NCBI GenBank assembly: GCA_001816455.1
Contig: MHCB01000038.1
Coordinates: 7,965-71,964 of the forward strand
From: Candidatus Blackburnbacteria bacterium RIFCSPHIGHO2_12_FULL_44_25
Lineage (GTDB): Bacteria > Patescibacteriota > Microgenomatia > UBA8517 > UBA10165
Reading direction: 5' to 3'
Length of the DNA: 64,000 nucleotides
Part shown: one piece after another, positions 9,912 through 19,250 of the stretch
Numbering within the stretch: the first letter of the stretch is position 1
Layout: the number at the start of each line of letters is the position of its first letter
Notes under the pieces: model-generated
Seen by the model: only the letters and a program-made list of their open reading frames with translations
Database searches by the model: none
Told to the model about the DNA's origin: nothing
Program-made: the position numbers and the translations under genes

Positions 9912-10169
9912 CTACTGGTTTGGGGGAATTGTCAAATTGGGAGCTTTTTTTGGGCCGACTGTGGGGCGGTTTTCTTCTATGGATTTGGTTATCTCGGAGA
10001 GGAAGTTTCCGACCACTGGAACCCAGTTTACTTTTGAACCCAAGAAGCCCATCGTGGCAAAAAGCAAGGACAACCCGACTGTTACCCCTAAACCCCAGGC
10101 GACTCCGCCTATGAAGTTGCCCAAAAACATTTTTCCTATACTTCTGTGGACTTGGTCTTTGGGTTGCAT
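9912..10169 (-). CDS. small membrane protein, DUF5665-like
   Basis: 85-aa ORF with …MFLGNFIGGVAWGLGVTVGLSLLFATMGFL…, a pattern typical of a CPR small membrane protein family. Confidence 0.5.
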   Translation of the reverse strand: MQPKDQVHRSIGKMFLGNFIGGVAWGLGVTVGLSLLFATMGFLGSKVNWVPVVGNFLSEITKSIEENRPTVGPKKAPNLTIPPNQ

Positions 10170-10259
10170 GAATTCATATTAGAATGCTAAATGCTAAATT
10201 ACAAATGACAAATTTTTACTACTCAACTATTGTGTGCTACATTTATTTAGCATTGGTCA

Positions 10260-10838
10260 TTGGGCATTTTTATGAAGTGGATTAGTCGGCTCTATATTGT
10301 TTTTGTCGGGATAATTTTGTCGATTACGACAGGCTACGGCTTGGCGGCTTTTTACCCCGACCCCAAAGCCTTTGTTAGTCTTGAGACCAAACCGTATCCT
10401 GTCATACCCCGAAGTTGTACAGAAACTCCCGCGCAGCAAAGCTCTCCTCCCTGTCAGAAGTATTTTGAGGATGAAAGGAAATACCAGGAAGAGCAAAATG
10501 CAAAACAGGAAGAACTTCAGAAAAAGCAGGAAGAGCAAAGGAACCGGAGCGCAGCGTATACTCGGACTGCTGTGTTTTTTGGAATAACTGCAGGGGCGTT
10601 TTATGCGATTTTAGGACTTTTACTGCTTCGTTCTTCAAAACTTGTATCCAATGGGTTGATGCTTGCGGGGGTTTTGACGGCCGTATTGACACGATTTTTA
10701 GTTAGTCTTGCGAGCTTGGGAGCGGGGGTTACCGGGAGCGTTGGTGCGGACAGTATGGCGTATGTTCAGTTTGGAGTTTTGCTTCTTCTCTCTGTGGCGG
10801 TGATTTTTGCCGGGAAGACTGTTTTGAGGGATGAATGA
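10260..10838 (+). CDS. hypothetical membrane protein with a central charged/coiled segment
   Basis: 192-aa ORF with an N-terminal TM, a QEEQNAKQEELQKKQEEQ stretch and C-terminal TMs. Confidence 0.5.
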   Translation: MGIFMKWISRLYIVFVGIILSITTGYGLAAFYPDPKAFVSLETKPYPVIPRSCTETPAQQSSPPCQKYFEDERKYQEEQNAKQEELQKKQEEQRNRSAAYTRTAVFFGITAGAFYAILGLLLLRSSKLVSNGLMLAGVLTAVLTRFLVSLASLGAGVTGSVGADSMAYVQFGVLLLLSVAVIFAGKTVLRDE

Positions 10839-10839
10839 T

Positions 10840-10915
10840 TGGTGGACGGTAGAGGACTCGAACCTCTGACTTCATTCACGTCAAGAATGCGCTCTACCAA
10901 CTGAGCTAACCGTCC
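10840..10915 (-). tRNA. tRNA-Val(GAC)
   Basis: Manual cloverleaf GGACGGT-TA-GCTCAGTTGGTAGAGC-G-CATTC-TTGACGT-GAATG-AAGTC-AGAGGTTCGAGTCCTCT-ACCGTCC-A-CCA. CCA is encoded. Confidence 0.85.
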
Positions 10916-11053
10916 TGGTTGTTTGTCAAAATGTGCTTCGTTTAGGTTGACAACTGAGTTGCGCCTGTCGGCGCCCGCTGTGCGGTAACCGTCCCGGTGA
11001 GCCATATTATACCAGATGTTTTGTCTTTGAGTGTTCTTATGTGTGTGCCTCCA

Positions 11054-11095
11054 ACACTTCGGGAGTGTAATGGCTTTACACATCGGGAGATGTGT
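11054..11095. repeat. REP-A hairpin pair (ACACTTCGGGAGTGT and ACACATCGGGAGATGTGT) upstream of RAYT-1
   Basis: Two adjacent short palindromes with GGGA-type loops, 13 bp upstream of the RAYT-1 start. Confidence 0.6.
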
Positions 11096-11107
11096 TAGTA
11101 TTAGAAT

Positions 11108-11773
11108 ATGCCAACTCGTATAATTCCTTTGGGAACTGGTGAGTTTTACCACGTCTTTAATCGTGGAATTGCAAAGCAGCCTGTGTTTTTGGATAAACGA
11201 GATTACAGACAAATGATATTGGGTCTCTCATACTATCGTTTTGCGGTGCCCCCAATAAGACTATCGTTTTTTAAGACACTCCCGTTGGATCAGAAATCAT
11301 ATTTATGGAAGGAGCTCCAAACTAGAAATGAGAAGCTAGTTGAAATTGTAGCTTTTGCTTTGATGCCTAATCACTTTCACTTACTACTAAGGCAGGAAGC
11401 TGAAAATGGCATATCTACGTTTATGAGGCGGTTGGCTAATAGCTACACGCGCTTTTTTAATACCAAGGATGGCCGCAAAGGGCCAATTTTTCAAGGGGTT
11501 TTTAAGGCTGTGCATGTCTCTACAACAGAGCAACTTATGCATGTGTCGCGATACATCCATGTAAACCCGGTAGTTTCTTATGTGATAAAAGAGAGTGAGA
11601 TGTTTAGTTACCCTTGGACTTCTTTACCAGAGTTTTTGGGTGATCCAAGTATGGCAATGCCAGAACCGGTTTTGTCGTTATTTTCTTCTAAAGACGACTA
11701 TAAAGATTTCGTTTTGGATCAAGTTGACTATGGTAAGCGGTTAGAGGAGATAAAGCACCTTGTTTTTGAGTAA
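11108..11773 (+). CDS. IS200/IS605-family HUH Y1 transposase / REP-associated tyrosine transposase (RAYT-1)
   Basis: HuH motif LMPNHFHLL and the conserved …VSRYIHVNPV… region. Flanked on both sides by CACTYCGGGAGTG hairpins. Confidence 0.75.
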   Translation: MPTRIIPLGTGEFYHVFNRGIAKQPVFLDKRDYRQMILGLSYYRFAVPPIRLSFFKTLPLDQKSYLWKELQTRNEKLVEIVAFALMPNHFHLLLRQEAENGISTFMRRLANSYTRFFNTKDGRKGPIFQGVFKAVHVSTTEQLMHVSRYIHVNPVVSYVIKESEMFSYPWTSLPEFLGDPSMAMPEPVLSLFSSKDDYKDFVLDQVDYGKRLEEIKHLVFE

Positions 11774-11796
11774 GATCCGGATGTGTGAAGTTGTTA

Positions 11797-11809
11797 CACT
11801 CCGGGAGTG
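11797..11809. repeat. REP-A hairpin (CACTCCGGGAGTG) downstream of RAYT-1
   Basis: Same 13-nt palindrome family as at 11054-11068, 24 bp after the RAYT-1 stop. Confidence 0.55.
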
Positions 11810-11850
11810 AACTTGTACCTACACCTTGGGGGAGAAAGGTTGTTTTGCGT

Positions 11851-12501
11851 TCAACCTGCGGAGCGTTGGGAGTAGTCCTCTGAGGAGAGAAGGCGTTGTG
11901 CTCCGCTTTTTCCCACTTGACCCCAGAAGGTCTTTTTCTTTGAGGATCTTTTGTTTTGGCTTTGGAGCCAGAGATTGGCTTGGTGAATCTTTACTCTAAA
12001 GGACCTTAAGAAGGAAAGCAGTTTTTCAAAAAAGGCTACATGGTAGGTTCCGGGTTCTGTGGTTACTTGTATCGCGGCGATTTTGGTTTCTTGAGAGAGT
12101 CCGACTATCTCTTTTGCAATTTTCTCGGCCTCCCCCTGCAGTGCTTTTAATTGGAGCTTTAACTTATCTGTTTCCTTTTCATTGAAAGCTTCTCCTTCCT
12201 GCCTAAGTTGCTTTTCTCTATAAAGTTGAGCACGGAGAACTTTGTTTTCGCCTCTTTCGGCTTCGAGTACCTTATCTATCTGGACCGACTGGCCCATTTT
12301 TATTTCTCCCGAAGCATTGACTAGGGTTTTCTCTTGCCCTAAAAATTGCCTCAGAAAACCCTTTGAGGTTTCTGCCAGAAGATCATCTTTAAAAGAATCG
12401 AAGGTTCCGCGTCCTATGTCTCTCATAGACTCAACGAAGTTGTCGCTTTGGGGGGAGATCTTTTTGGTTTTTTGGTTGGTTTGGTAGGTAGTTTTTGTCA
12501 T
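11851..12501 (-). CDS. hypothetical coiled-coil protein
   Basis: 216-aa ORF, K/E/Q-rich with heptad-like segments. Confidence 0.45.
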   Translation of the reverse strand: MTKTTYQTNQKTKKISPQSDNFVESMRDIGRGTFDSFKDDLLAETSKGFLRQFLGQEKTLVNASGEIKMGQSVQIDKVLEAERGENKVLRAQLYREKQLRQEGEAFNEKETDKLKLQLKALQGEAEKIAKEIVGLSQETKIAAIQVTTEPGTYHVAFFEKLLSFLRSFRVKIHQANLWLQSQNKRSSKKKTFWGQVGKSGAQRLLSSEDYSQRSAG

Positions 12502-12512
12502 CTTGGGTCATT

Positions 12513-13385
12513 CTAAGAAAGGGTCAACAGCCTGTCAAGCGCTTTTCTACGTTTTAGGACGCCCTTGATCATTGCTTTCTGTTGGGGTTTGACTTCTTCT
12601 GGTTTTTCTTGTCCTGAGGCTGTAACAAGTTGCTCGACCTCGGAGTCCTCGACGGATATTTTTTCTTCGTCTGCAATTTTATTTAAGGCAAGTTCTAGCT
12701 TTATTGCATCGTTGGCTTGCTGAGCAAGCTCTGCTCTTAACCCTTCGGTTGTTTTTCCGGTTGAGGCCAGGTACTGTTCAACGGTTAGACCCAATTTTTG
12801 AGTTTGATCTAAAAGTTTTGCTAGTTTGTGGTTGACTTCTTCTTTTATTAAAAGAGGGGCAATTTGGCTTTTGGTGTTTTGGATTAAGGACTCTAGAATC
12901 TTTTGCTCTTTATCTTCTCTTGAAGACTCTTTTTTGTCTTTGGGGTCGTTTTTCCCTGGGACCACGATTTTGCTTGCGCTTAGGGTACCGGAGATATTCT
13001 TTCTATAGTCTCCGACGTCCACGGTTGGAAGTTCGCAGGTTAGGGCGCGAACCGTCCAGTCATTATTTTCGTCTATTGAAACTATTTCAAATCTTGGGGC
13101 AAGAATTGGTCTTAAGTTATGTTCTTCGACACTGTCTGCGTAAACGTCGGGGAGTAATTTTTGCAGCATTTCGTTGTATAGATCTTGCTTGTCAATCCTC
13201 TTTTCGGCAATATCTCGGGGGGCTTTGCCGGGTCTGAAACCAGGAATCTCAAGGCGCGCGGTTAACGTTTGTAGGGCCTCCTCCTTCTCTTCTTGCACAA
13301 GGGGGTGTGGGATGGTCAGGGTTATTTGTATGTTTCCGTTGCTCTCGCGGGCAAGAACTGAAATTGGTTTTTGTTTTGCTGCCAT
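12513..13385 (-). CDS. tig: trigger factor (short form lacking the PPIase domain)
   Basis: N-terminal ribosome-binding signature …PGFRPGKAP… and a C-terminal chaperone arm. Only 290 aa. Confidence 0.75.
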   Translation of the reverse strand: MAAKQKPISVLARESNGNIQITLTIPHPLVQEEKEEALQTLTARLEIPGFRPGKAPRDIAEKRIDKQDLYNEMLQKLLPDVYADSVEEHNLRPILAPRFEIVSIDENNDWTVRALTCELPTVDVGDYRKNISGTLSASKIVVPGKNDPKDKKESSREDKEQKILESLIQNTKSQIAPLLIKEEVNHKLAKLLDQTQKLGLTVEQYLASTGKTTEGLRAELAQQANDAIKLELALNKIADEEKISVEDSEVEQLVTASGQEKPEEVKPQQKAMIKGVLKRRKALDRLLTLS

Positions 13386-13427
13386 TTGCGGCTTGATTAT
13401 ACCACAACTGAGGCTAATTTGCTGGAT

Positions 13428-14744
13428 TCAACGCTTTCTCTTGAGGTTTTTAAGGGCTTTTTTTGCTTCTTCCTGGTCGGACCAAGGATGCTCGCCATCT
13501 ACAAAGGCTAAGCTTTTTTCGTGACCCTTGCCGCAAATTACAACAATATCTCCTTTTTTAGCTAGTTTTATGCCTAAGGATATAGCTTTGGCGCGGTCTG
13601 GTTCACGGATAAAGATATGAGGATAGGTTGTAGGCTGTCGGTTGTAGTTTGTAGGCTTGAACTCCCGGGCTCGGGCAAGCCGCGCACCATCTACCATTTG
13701 GGCAAGTATTTTCTCCAAACTTTCAGATCTTGGGTCTTCGGCTGTGAATATGGATATATCGGCAAGTCGGCTCGCGACCCCCCCCATCATTGGGCGTTTC
13801 CGATAATCTCTTTCTCCGGCGCAGCCGAAGATTGCTATCAATCTTCCTGTCCCGACCCCAACTTTCAGGGTTTGGAGAAGTTTCTCCAGGGCGTTTGGGG
13901 TGTGTGCAAAATCCACAATTACTTGGAAAGGCCTTGTTTTTATGTGTTCCATTCGCCCGGGAATACCACGGAAATTTTTTACCGATTTTTGTATGGTCTT
14001 CCAATCGACGCCCAAAGCTCGAGTTATTCCGATTGCTGCCAGGATATTGGAGACGTTATATTTTCCAGAAAGTACCGTTGTTATTCTGTGCCCCACCCCG
14101 TTGTCTGTTGCCAGAAAATCTAACCCCGACTTTTTCTCTTTTATTTCTCCCGCTTTTATGTCTGCCATTCCGGCGAGTGAATAAGAAATCACTTTTGTAT
14201 TTTTGTTTGTTTTTCTTTTGAAATACCCAAAAGAGTCATCGTCTTTGTTGAGGACGGCGACTTTTACTTTTTTGAACAGTTTTGCTTTTGCTTGACGATA
14301 TTTTTTAAAGGTTTTGTGGTAGTCGAGGTGTTCGTGGGTGACGTTTGTTAGGACTCCTGCCCAGAAGTTTGCCCCAAAAACCCTGTGCTGATCTAGGCCG
14401 TGGGAGGTTGTTTCTAGGACTACATGGGTTACTCCGGAAGACCTAAATTTTGCCAGGAGGGGTTGGAGAACTTTAGCATCAGGGGTGGTTGTGTGAAGAC
14501 CTGTGTCTAGGAAACCTTTCGGTCCCCATGCGCCTACCGTTGAGATTAAGGCGACTTTAAACTTTCCTTCTTTTAGAATTTCATAGATTAGGTGCGCGGT
14601 TGTGGTTTTTCCGTCAGTTCCAGTGACGCCGATTACGGTTAAGTCTTTTGCGGGGTAGTTCGCGCGAACTGTTTCGACGAGGGAACTTAGATAATGTTTT
14701 GCGTTTTTGTAACGGGCAACAAGATTGGGGTTTGGGAGTTCCAT
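13428..14744 (-). CDS. Mur ligase family protein (MurE-like UDP-N-acetylmuramoyl-tripeptide synthetase)
   Basis: GVTGTDGKTTT P-loop, Mur ligase middle and C-terminal domains; 438 aa. Confidence 0.7.
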   Translation of the reverse strand: MELPNPNLVARYKNAKHYLSSLVETVRANYPAKDLTVIGVTGTDGKTTTAHLIYEILKEGKFKVALISTVGAWGPKGFLDTGLHTTTPDAKVLQPLLAKFRSSGVTHVVLETTSHGLDQHRVFGANFWAGVLTNVTHEHLDYHKTFKKYRQAKAKLFKKVKVAVLNKDDDSFGYFKRKTNKNTKVISYSLAGMADIKAGEIKEKKSGLDFLATDNGVGHRITTVLSGKYNVSNILAAIGITRALGVDWKTIQKSVKNFRGIPGRMEHIKTRPFQVIVDFAHTPNALEKLLQTLKVGVGTGRLIAIFGCAGERDYRKRPMMGGVASRLADISIFTAEDPRSESLEKILAQMVDGARLARAREFKPTNYNRQPTTYPHIFIREPDRAKAISLGIKLAKKGDIVVICGKGHEKSLAFVDGEHPWSDQEEAKKALKNLKRKR

Positions 14745-14828
14745 TTGGCCATGAGCAGATTAGGTATAAGTATACCACCAAATTGATTATTTTGATGTTT
14801 GTTGGTAGTATGTTCCTTACCGTTTGCG

Positions 14829-15263
14829 ATGGTCAATATTTCCACAATTGCGGTTAGTAGTTCTGATGCTGTTCCGGAACTTATAGATATTACGACTCAA
14901 GTTGTCTCTTGTGTTCGGGAGAGTGGAGTTAAAAACGGCCAGGTCACGGTTTTTTCTCAGCACACAACCGCTGCAGTTTTACTTCAAGAGAATGAAAAAG
15001 GGATTCATAAAGATCTCCAAAAGTTTCTTTGTAGCTTGTGTTCTCCCCAGGGAGACTACGAACATAGTCTCGCCCCTGACCATTTAGAGGATAAGATGCC
15101 GAATGGGCACTCTCACCTTCAGCATTTTTTGCTTGGAGGGTCATCTCAGACAATACCTGTGGCAGATGGGAAGGTGATGTTGGGAACCTATCAGAGCGTA
15201 TTTCTGGTGGAGCTTGATCGGGCAAGGACCAGAAATGTCTTGGTGCAGGTTATTGGGGAATAG
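14829..15263 (+). CDS. YjbQ/UPF0047 family protein (secondary thiamine-phosphate synthase-like)
   Basis: …SQHTTAAVLLQENE…HSHLQHFLLGGSSQTIPV…GTYQSVFLVELD… Start chosen at MVNIST. Confidence 0.7.
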   Translation: MVNISTIAVSSSDAVPELIDITTQVVSCVRESGVKNGQVTVFSQHTTAAVLLQENEKGIHKDLQKFLCSLCSPQGDYEHSLAPDHLEDKMPNGHSHLQHFLLGGSSQTIPVADGKVMLGTYQSVFLVELDRARTRNVLVQVIGE

Positions 15264-15267
15264 CTTC

Positions 15268-16335
15268 TCACTTCTCTCTTTGTATGACAAAGTCGGCCAA
15301 GGTTTGATAGACTTCCTGGAGACTTTTGTTTCCTGTTAGACGAGGAACTATTCGGCGGGCTTCCTTGACCAATTTTTCTGCTTTTTTCTGACAATACACT
15401 AGGGAGCCAGAGTTAACTATGATGTCTCTTACTTCTTTTATCTCGGCCTTTGTTATGTCTTTTTTACCCCAAAGTTTTTTTAGACTTCGGACTTGTTTTG
15501 GGGTGCCCTTTTTAACTGCCCAGAGATAAAGAAGCGTGTTCTTTCCTTCTTTTATGTCTGAGGCTGTTGACTTGCCTGTTTGTTTCTCGTTTCCGAACAT
15601 TCCTAAAATGTCATCTTGGATCTGGAATGCAATTCCCAAGGGCAAACCATATTCTTCAAAGATTTTTACATTGTCGTAGTTTGCTCCTGTTAGTACTGCA
15701 CCAAGACTAAGGGGGCCAACTATTGTGTACCATGCGGTTTTTAGTCTATTAACGGTTGTTATGTCCTTCTCTGACAAAGAATTACGGCTGGCCAGATCAA
15801 TGTCCAGGCATTGACCGTAGCCTGTGTTTATGAGGAAATTTGAAAGGAACGCTATTCCGGCCGTTTTTCTCTCAGGGTCAAAATTGGCGTTTGCTATCAG
15901 TTTTATGGCCTCATAGCATCCGGTTACCCCCGCGAAAGTGGTCATGCTTTCTCCGTAGCGGATAGGGTTGCCCTTTCTTTTGTTTTTTTTATGGAATTTG
16001 GTATAGGAGATGTGAACCGTGTCTTTTCCGTGTCTGAGTACGTCCTGGTCGGCAATATCATCCATCATCAAGAGTGATATGTGGGTAAGTTCCATTGCAA
16101 CCGAAACTGGAATAATTTCCTTGAGCTTTTTGCCTCCAAAAGATTCATAACCCAGTCTTACTAGCCCTCCACGCATTCTTTTGCCTCCCTCTATAAAACG
16201 CTCAAATTGTTGCCAAATCTGTGGGGCGACGGAGGGCGCAATTTTTCTTGACTCTCGAACTTTTTCTTTGAAGAAATTTTTCAAGAATTTATTTTGCTCT
16301 TGGGTGTAAGGGCCAAAATAGTTTTTGTAATTCAT
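15268..16335 (-). CDS. polyprenyl diphosphate synthase (trans-isoprenyl transferase)
   Basis: FARM LLMMDDIADQD and SARM QIQDDILG motifs. Confidence 0.8.
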   Translation of the reverse strand: MNYKNYFGPYTQEQNKFLKNFFKEKVRESRKIAPSVAPQIWQQFERFIEGGKRMRGGLVRLGYESFGGKKLKEIIPVSVAMELTHISLLMMDDIADQDVLRHGKDTVHISYTKFHKKNKRKGNPIRYGESMTTFAGVTGCYEAIKLIANANFDPERKTAGIAFLSNFLINTGYGQCLDIDLASRNSLSEKDITTVNRLKTAWYTIVGPLSLGAVLTGANYDNVKIFEEYGLPLGIAFQIQDDILGMFGNEKQTGKSTASDIKEGKNTLLYLWAVKKGTPKQVRSLKKLWGKKDITKAEIKEVRDIIVNSGSLVYCQKKAEKLVKEARRIVPRLTGNKSLQEVYQTLADFVIQREK

Positions 16336-16353
16336 TTATTGCGCAAGTATAGC

Positions 16354-17112
16354 CTATACTTTTGATTTTCTCCAACCGGCATTTTCTGCTTCCTCTTCTG
16401 AGCAGAAGTAGCGCTCCCCCGCCGTTTCGTCTATTTGAGTTTTATAATAGTATTTTTGACCTGGAGTGTGGTAAATCTTTTCGCCTTTAGCGTTTATGTT
16501 GCCCTTGACAGTGCAACCGGTAGGGATATTTGGGGTATTGGAGTTACACGCGTTGGGTGCCCAGAGGCCACGGCTTTGATCTCTTGCTTCTTTTTCTGCT
16601 TGGCTAAACTGACTTTGATATTTTATGTCTGGAGGATATGTACTACTTTTGGCGTACCCTTGACGCACGAGAAAATCGTTTATGAAGACATTTTCTACCC
16701 ATAGATAGCGGAGTAACCGGCCGTATTTGTCGGTTTCGGAAATATCTTTTTCCAGTTTTATGTTTTTCCCAAGTACTAATCTTTCATTTTCTGCTTTTGC
16801 TTCCCGGCCGAAACATTCGACCTCTTTGTCGGGATGTACGGTTTCAGGGGTGTCTATTCCAATGTAGCGCACCCTTCGACGTTGCTCAGGGCTATAGCTT
16901 TCTTGGATTTCAATTGTGTCTCCATCTATAACGCGGGTAACTAAAAAGGTAGATGGGTCGTTGGGTGGATCAGTAGAGGGGGCAGGTGCGGGAGTGGTTT
17001 GTGTTTTGTTGTCGAGTAAGGTAGTTGGCGGAGAGGGTTGGTTAACAAATAATGCATAGAGGCCGAGAGCTAGGAGTAGGACTCCTATGAAAGGAATAAA
17101 GGGCTTGCGCAT
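16354..17112 (-). CDS. membrane-anchored thermonuclease (staphylococcal nuclease-like) with a C-terminal Cys-containing domain
   Basis: N-terminal TM, SNase core (…VIDGDTIEI…RYIGIDTPE…) and a C-terminal …GEKIYHTPGQKYYYKT…GERYFCSEEEAENAGWRKS module. Confidence 0.75.
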   Translation of the reverse strand: MRKPFIPFIGVLLLALGLYALFVNQPSPPTTLLDNKTQTTPAPAPSTDPPNDPSTFLVTRVIDGDTIEIQESYSPEQRRRVRYIGIDTPETVHPDKEVECFGREAKAENERLVLGKNIKLEKDISETDKYGRLLRYLWVENVFINDFLVRQGYAKSSTYPPDIKYQSQFSQAEKEARDQSRGLWAPNACNSNTPNIPTGCTVKGNINAKGEKIYHTPGQKYYYKTQIDETAGERYFCSEEEAENAGWRKSKV

Positions 17113-17337
17113 CTATTTGCGGAAGGTTGAGATTACCGTCAGTAGTAGAGACAAGAGGATGCTTATTACGATGGTTGTAGTTATTGGGGCGTAAAAAGAG
17201 AAGTTTTCTTTTTTAACCAAGATGTCGCCTGGGAGTTTGCCCAAGAATGGCAGTTTGCCAAAAAACCAAAGAAATGAGCCGGTTACAATTAAAACTATTC
17301 CTACTATGATTACTACCCGGCCGGCTTCTTGAAGCAT
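17113..17337 (-). CDS. DUF2905 family small membrane protein
   Basis: 74 aa with GKLPGDI motif and two TM segments. Confidence 0.65.
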   Translation of the reverse strand: MLQEAGRVVIIVGIVLIVTGSFLWFFGKLPFLGKLPGDILVKKENFSFYAPITTTIVISILLSLLLTVISTFRK

Positions 17338-17377
17338 ACTTTGTTAGAACAAGATAATTGTAGCATGTTGAAGAATT

Positions 17378-17977
17378 TTGAATGGTGTAAAATGTTTTGT
17401 GGTAGAAGATACTACTGAACATCGAGAGTCTGCTGGCTATTCTCAAAGAGACCTCTGCCCTGTTGAGCAATTTTTGCTTATGCGGTCTCCAATTGTTAAT
17501 GGGAAGCAGGTGTCTGATGATGAATTTAGGCAATTGTGTGCGAGTGCCCAGGATGGTGAGCCTGAGTCGGTGAGAATCTTGAGAACGCCCTCATACTTAC
17601 ATCCGGAGGCAGAAGCGGCGTGGGGGTTAGGTAAGACGGTAGGTGAGGTTAACCGTGACAGACCCCGGTACTTGAATGATATATCTCTAGGGATAGTTGA
17701 TACCAGACGACAAGTGGAGCTTACTTTAAAACAACACGCACAGATTAACATCGGATTTTCAGTCCTTGATCCTGATGGTTCGGCGAACCTTCGGTGGGAG
17801 GTGTGGTTAAGCGATTCAGAAGGAAAACCGTTGCTAACCGATAAAGACGTGAGCGATTTGCCTCTACACCCTGTACGAGGGGCCGGTTTTCGGTGGGAGG
17901 AACCAAAAGAGACAACAACTCCAAAGGGCGAGTTGTGTTGGTCAAGAGTACTTGTGTTTGACCTGGCACAATCTTAG
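17378..17977 (+). CDS. hypothetical protein
   Basis: 199-aa ORF, the only + strand gene in a minus-strand run. Moderately GC-rich with protein-like composition; start uncertain. Confidence 0.35.
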   Translation: MNGVKCFVVEDTTEHRESAGYSQRDLCPVEQFLLMRSPIVNGKQVSDDEFRQLCASAQDGEPESVRILRTPSYLHPEAEAAWGLGKTVGEVNRDRPRYLNDISLGIVDTRRQVELTLKQHAQINIGFSVLDPDGSANLRWEVWLSDSEGKPLLTDKDVSDLPLHPVRGAGFRWEEPKETTTPKGELCWSRVLVFDLAQS

Positions 17978-18603
17978 AACCCCGTAATTGCAACTCCGAA
18001 GCCGTCTTGGGCGTAAACGCAACCCCAAATATATTCTCCGCCGGTTATTAGTTTTTTGTGTCCAAGTGTATCAAGCCATGCAGCTACTGCCTGGTCTGGG
18101 GTTGGGTAGCCTGAGATTAAAAATTCAGAAACGTTGTTGGGCATTGTTGGGTCGTCTTTGTATTTATCGTATACTCCCTGGAATCCGTCGTGTCCGTCTA
18201 GTTTCCCGAGTTGTCTTATTTGAGAGAGTCTAATTGCTGCAACTGTACATAGTATGTCGCGCTGGTTTAGGGAATTTACGCCGTGTTGGACCCTTGCTTT
18301 GTTTATTGCTTCCCAAAGTTCGGGGCCGGTGAAGGTGGGTTGTAGATAGGAGGTAGTGGGTTGTGGAGCGGACTTTTTGGAAACGACACTGGGTGTGGGG
18401 GTAGTCTTTGGGGAGGACTGAAGGGCTTCGAGGAAACTGTCTCGCAATTTTTGTTCTCTATACTGGGCAATTTCTACTGCTTGATCCAGACCTGCAAGGT
18501 ACCCTCCGATGAATCCGATTACTAGAACTAGCGCTATTGTTAGCGGATTAAAAAAATACTTAGGTTTAAATTTTAGAACCTTTGGCAGTTTTAATTTAGC
18601 CAT
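17974..18603 (-). CDS. membrane-anchored CAP/SCP (PR-1-like) domain protein
   Basis: N-terminal TM, Pro/Thr/Ser linker and a C-terminal CAP domain (…GPELWEAINKARVQHGVNSL…YIWGCVYAQDG…). Confidence 0.65.
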   Translation of the reverse strand: MAKLKLPKVLKFKPKYFFNPLTIALVLVIGFIGGYLAGLDQAVEIAQYREQKLRDSFLEALQSSPKTTPTPSVVSKKSAPQPTTSYLQPTFTGPELWEAINKARVQHGVNSLNQRDILCTVAAIRLSQIRQLGKLDGHDGFQGVYDKYKDDPTMPNNVSEFLISGYPTPDQAVAAWLDTLGHKKLITGGEYIWGCVYAQDGFGVAITGF

Positions 18604-19249
18604 TTTTTCTCAAGGGGATGTCGTTTAGTAGCCGATTCCTAGTTTTTGTGGTCTCCCCTGCAATTGTTGCGCCCCTGTCGGGAATACTTTCCATAACGCC
18701 AATACTTTTTACTGTGATTGTTTTTCCTTCAACTGGTTCTTCTACGAGCGAAAGCAGCATTTCGGTTTGGTGTTTTCTGTCCTTTTGTTTCTTGAGCCGC
18801 CCGATTGTTATATGTGGGTGAAGCCTTGTGGGAGGAGAAAACTCCTCTTCTCCTAGGGCGTTTCTGAGTTCTTTGTATAGATTTCTTAAGGTTCGGTCGG
18901 GGTCTTGGATACCAACGAGGATAACGGAGTCGCTGTTCTCGGTACTTGAATAGAAATAGTCTAGCTGCCCTGTTGATAATTCGAAAGGACTTTGCAATTC
19001 TGCGACTTTCTTTACGGCACTTACTGCTGCCTCAAACCTTTCTTGGGCGATGTGTCCTAAGAAGATTAATGTGATATGGGCTTTTTCCGGATCCTGCCAG
19101 ACTACCGGGAAATTTTTCTTTTGTAGATTTTGAGTAACTCTTGCTATTTCTTCTTTTGTCTCTTTTGGCACACTTAGCGCTATAAAGATTCTTCTTCGGG
19201 GGCCGTGGCTTCGTTTGAATTTTGGCCTTTTGGAACTTTCTCGCGGCAT
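18596..19249 (-). CDS. RNA 2',3'-cyclic phosphodiesterase (2H family, LigT/ThpR-like)
   Basis: Two H-x-T-x motifs (HITLIFLG and HPHITIGR). Confidence 0.75.
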   Translation of the reverse strand: MPRESSKRPKFKRSHGPRRRIFIALSVPKETKEEIARVTQNLQKKNFPVVWQDPEKAHITLIFLGHIAQERFEAAVSAVKKVAELQSPFELSTGQLDYFYSSTENSDSVILVGIQDPDRTLRNLYKELRNALGEEEFSPPTRLHPHITIGRLKKQKDRKHQTEMLLSLVEEPVEGKTITVKSIGVMESIPDRGATIAGETTKTRNRLLNDIPLRKNG

Positions 19250-19250
19250 T

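Noticed and set aside
10766-11212. ORF 10766-11212 (-)
   Set aside because: It overlaps tRNA-Val and the RAYT-1 start region, and is antisense-like. Judged spurious.
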